Origin: Okamejei kenojei
Lineage: Eukaryota
Length of the DNA: 64,000 nucleotides
Assembly (NCBI GenBank): GCA_035221665.1
Contig: CM069138.1
Span: 69,750,001 to 69,814,000, forward strand
Reading direction: 5' to 3'
Made by a program: the position numbers and the translations under genes. The notes beneath the pieces were generated by a model. It worked only from the letters and a program-made list of their open reading frames with translations, searched no databases and was not told the origin of the DNA. Below are positions 62,322 through 64,000 of this stretch, piece by piece (position 1 is the stretch's first letter; each line of letters opens with the position of its first letter).

Positions 62322-64000
62322 AAAATAGAAAGATTAAATGAGAACTTACCGTTTGAAGTTTGATCTTTATTTGTGAGAAGTTGAAGTGAAGGATTACTGA
62401 AGAAGCCCGCCAGCCCGCATGGGTGTCAACCTTTAAAGCAGCTGTATGAAACCACAGAATAGTTGCTGACCTAAGCTATAGGAAGATTTAACGGACTAGA
62501 ACTACCGAATGATCTTTATGAGAATAGGGTTGGGAGTGGAGGGCACGTAATCCCTCACTTCAACTTCTCATAAAATAAAGATCAAACTTCAAATGGTAAG
62601 TTCTCGTTTAATCTTTCTATTTTATTTTGAAGTCACGTGAGTGACTACGTGAAGATTTTAAAGCTCTGTGATTTCATGCAGTGAACCAAAGTCCGTGCAA
62701 ATGTGCTGCCTCTGTTGACCAGATATGGCTAAAAACTGCATCAAAACATGATATTGACTTAAACATGTTTATGCTTTTAATAGAAATAATAACAGCCCCT
62801 TACATCAGGGATAAAGAATAGATTCATTAATAGAACTTAAAATTTTACTAGCAAACAAACCAGGCCTGGCAATAGGCTTATTATAATATGCTTGAAAAGT
62901 TCACTCATTCGACCATCCTGCTGTCGCTAGGATGCGGTCCAGCGGAGCTTCCATGAATCTTGCTGCCGACGTTGCTGCAGCCTTGGTAGAGTGAGATTTG
63001 TCCACTCCTGCGAATGCTAAAACATGTCTCAACCATCTAGAAATGGTCTACACCAATACCCTTCCGTGTGCTTTTCTGTGACTGATGAACATAGCCAATT
63101 CGGTGCCTCGAGTGTCGTTTGTAACCTTTATATATTGTTTGACAACACATAACCTACGATCAGGTGGATATACCAAAAAATCCAGCTTAAGTCCTAGCAC
63201 ACCTGGTCTACTTTGCTTAACTAACTCATTTACGTAAAAGATTACCCTATTGTTAGACATATCTGCCTTATTCAGCCTTAATTTATGCAATGACTGGACA
63301 CGTTGCGCTAAAACGAGCGCCATGACCATTATTAATTTATAGGTAAGCTGAACCAAAGATAAAGATGTGGCTGGAGCCCAACTGCGAAGCAGTGTTAACA
63401 TTACATTAATATCCCATACTTCCATATATCTGGGCCTGCGAGGGTTTTTGTTAAAGATACCCCTCATAAATTTGGATACCAATGTGTGAGACCCGACAGA
63501 ATGGTGTCCTGATCCCAGCAGCAAGTATGACGATTAAGCACTTCTAGCAGTGTTGATAGCACTGTAACTTAATTTTTTATATAAAATATAATGTTGAAAG
63601 GAATTCCAACACATCGGCTATATCTGCTGAACCATAAGTTATATCTGAATTAACACAAAAATCTTCCCATAGTCTAATGTAATAAGTGTACTGCTTCTTA
63701 GTGCCGTCCCGCCAAGCTGCAGTGATTACGTCCACCGTTCGGTCGGATAATCGAAGCCCCAAAAAAGGTCTTCTCAGACTGCAAATTAATAGATTGATTT
63801 TGTCATGCAGAGGATGAGACTCCCGAGACACGCAAGTATATATGTTTATGAATAACCATATATGGTTCTGTTAGCATTGCTAACAGCTAAGGGAACCATG
63901 GTTGCGTAGGCCATTCAGGCACTACTATAATACCCGAAGCGGAGTCTTGCTTGATTTTTTCCAAGCAACGACCGATGAGGCAAAATGGAGGGAAGGCATA
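62322..64000 (-). mobile_element. DIRS1-like retrotransposon (copy 4), 3' half: MT end, YR remnant, ICR and right terminus; continues beyond the window
   Basis: Reverse strand YAFPPFCLIGRCLEKIKQDSASGIIVVPEWPTQPWF; ORFs 63577-63831 and 63048-63524; HSTKAAATSA..AGWSNE*TFQAYYNKPI; terminal arms 62322-62400 / 62544-62625. Confidence 0.93.

Overview
This is eukaryotic, repeat-dense vertebrate DNA. The repeat repertoire (HE1/V-SINE-type tRNA SINEs, HER1/CR1 LINEs, shark-type Tx1 and Penelope remnants) points to a cartilaginous fish, probably a skate or ray; this is an inference. I can support no host protein-coding gene, RNA gene or CRISPR array, so the window looks intergenic or deep-intronic. Main contents: (i) four decayed DIRS1-like tyrosine-recombinase retrotransposons, one with both termini and ICR at 49409-53915; (ii) a near full-length CR1 LINE (22119-26480; zinc-finger/SGNH-esterase ORF1, APE-RT ORF2) nested inside two older antisense CR1s; (iii) Rex1/Babar, L1, Tx1, L2/CR1-group and Penelope fragments; (iv) MITEs and many SINEs. 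Most notable: a DIRS 3' end whose loop between 83-bp inverted arms is flipped relative to the other three copies; a family of ~100-bp Penelope-derived repeats with a minimal hammerhead-ribozyme core, one with a perfect 12-bp TSD; a premature stop shared by two DIRS recombinases; and a non-coding GC-rich retro-element family with a covarying 3' hairpin. All alignments were done by eye. Boundaries of degenerate repeats are approximate (tens of bp) unless a junction is quoted.
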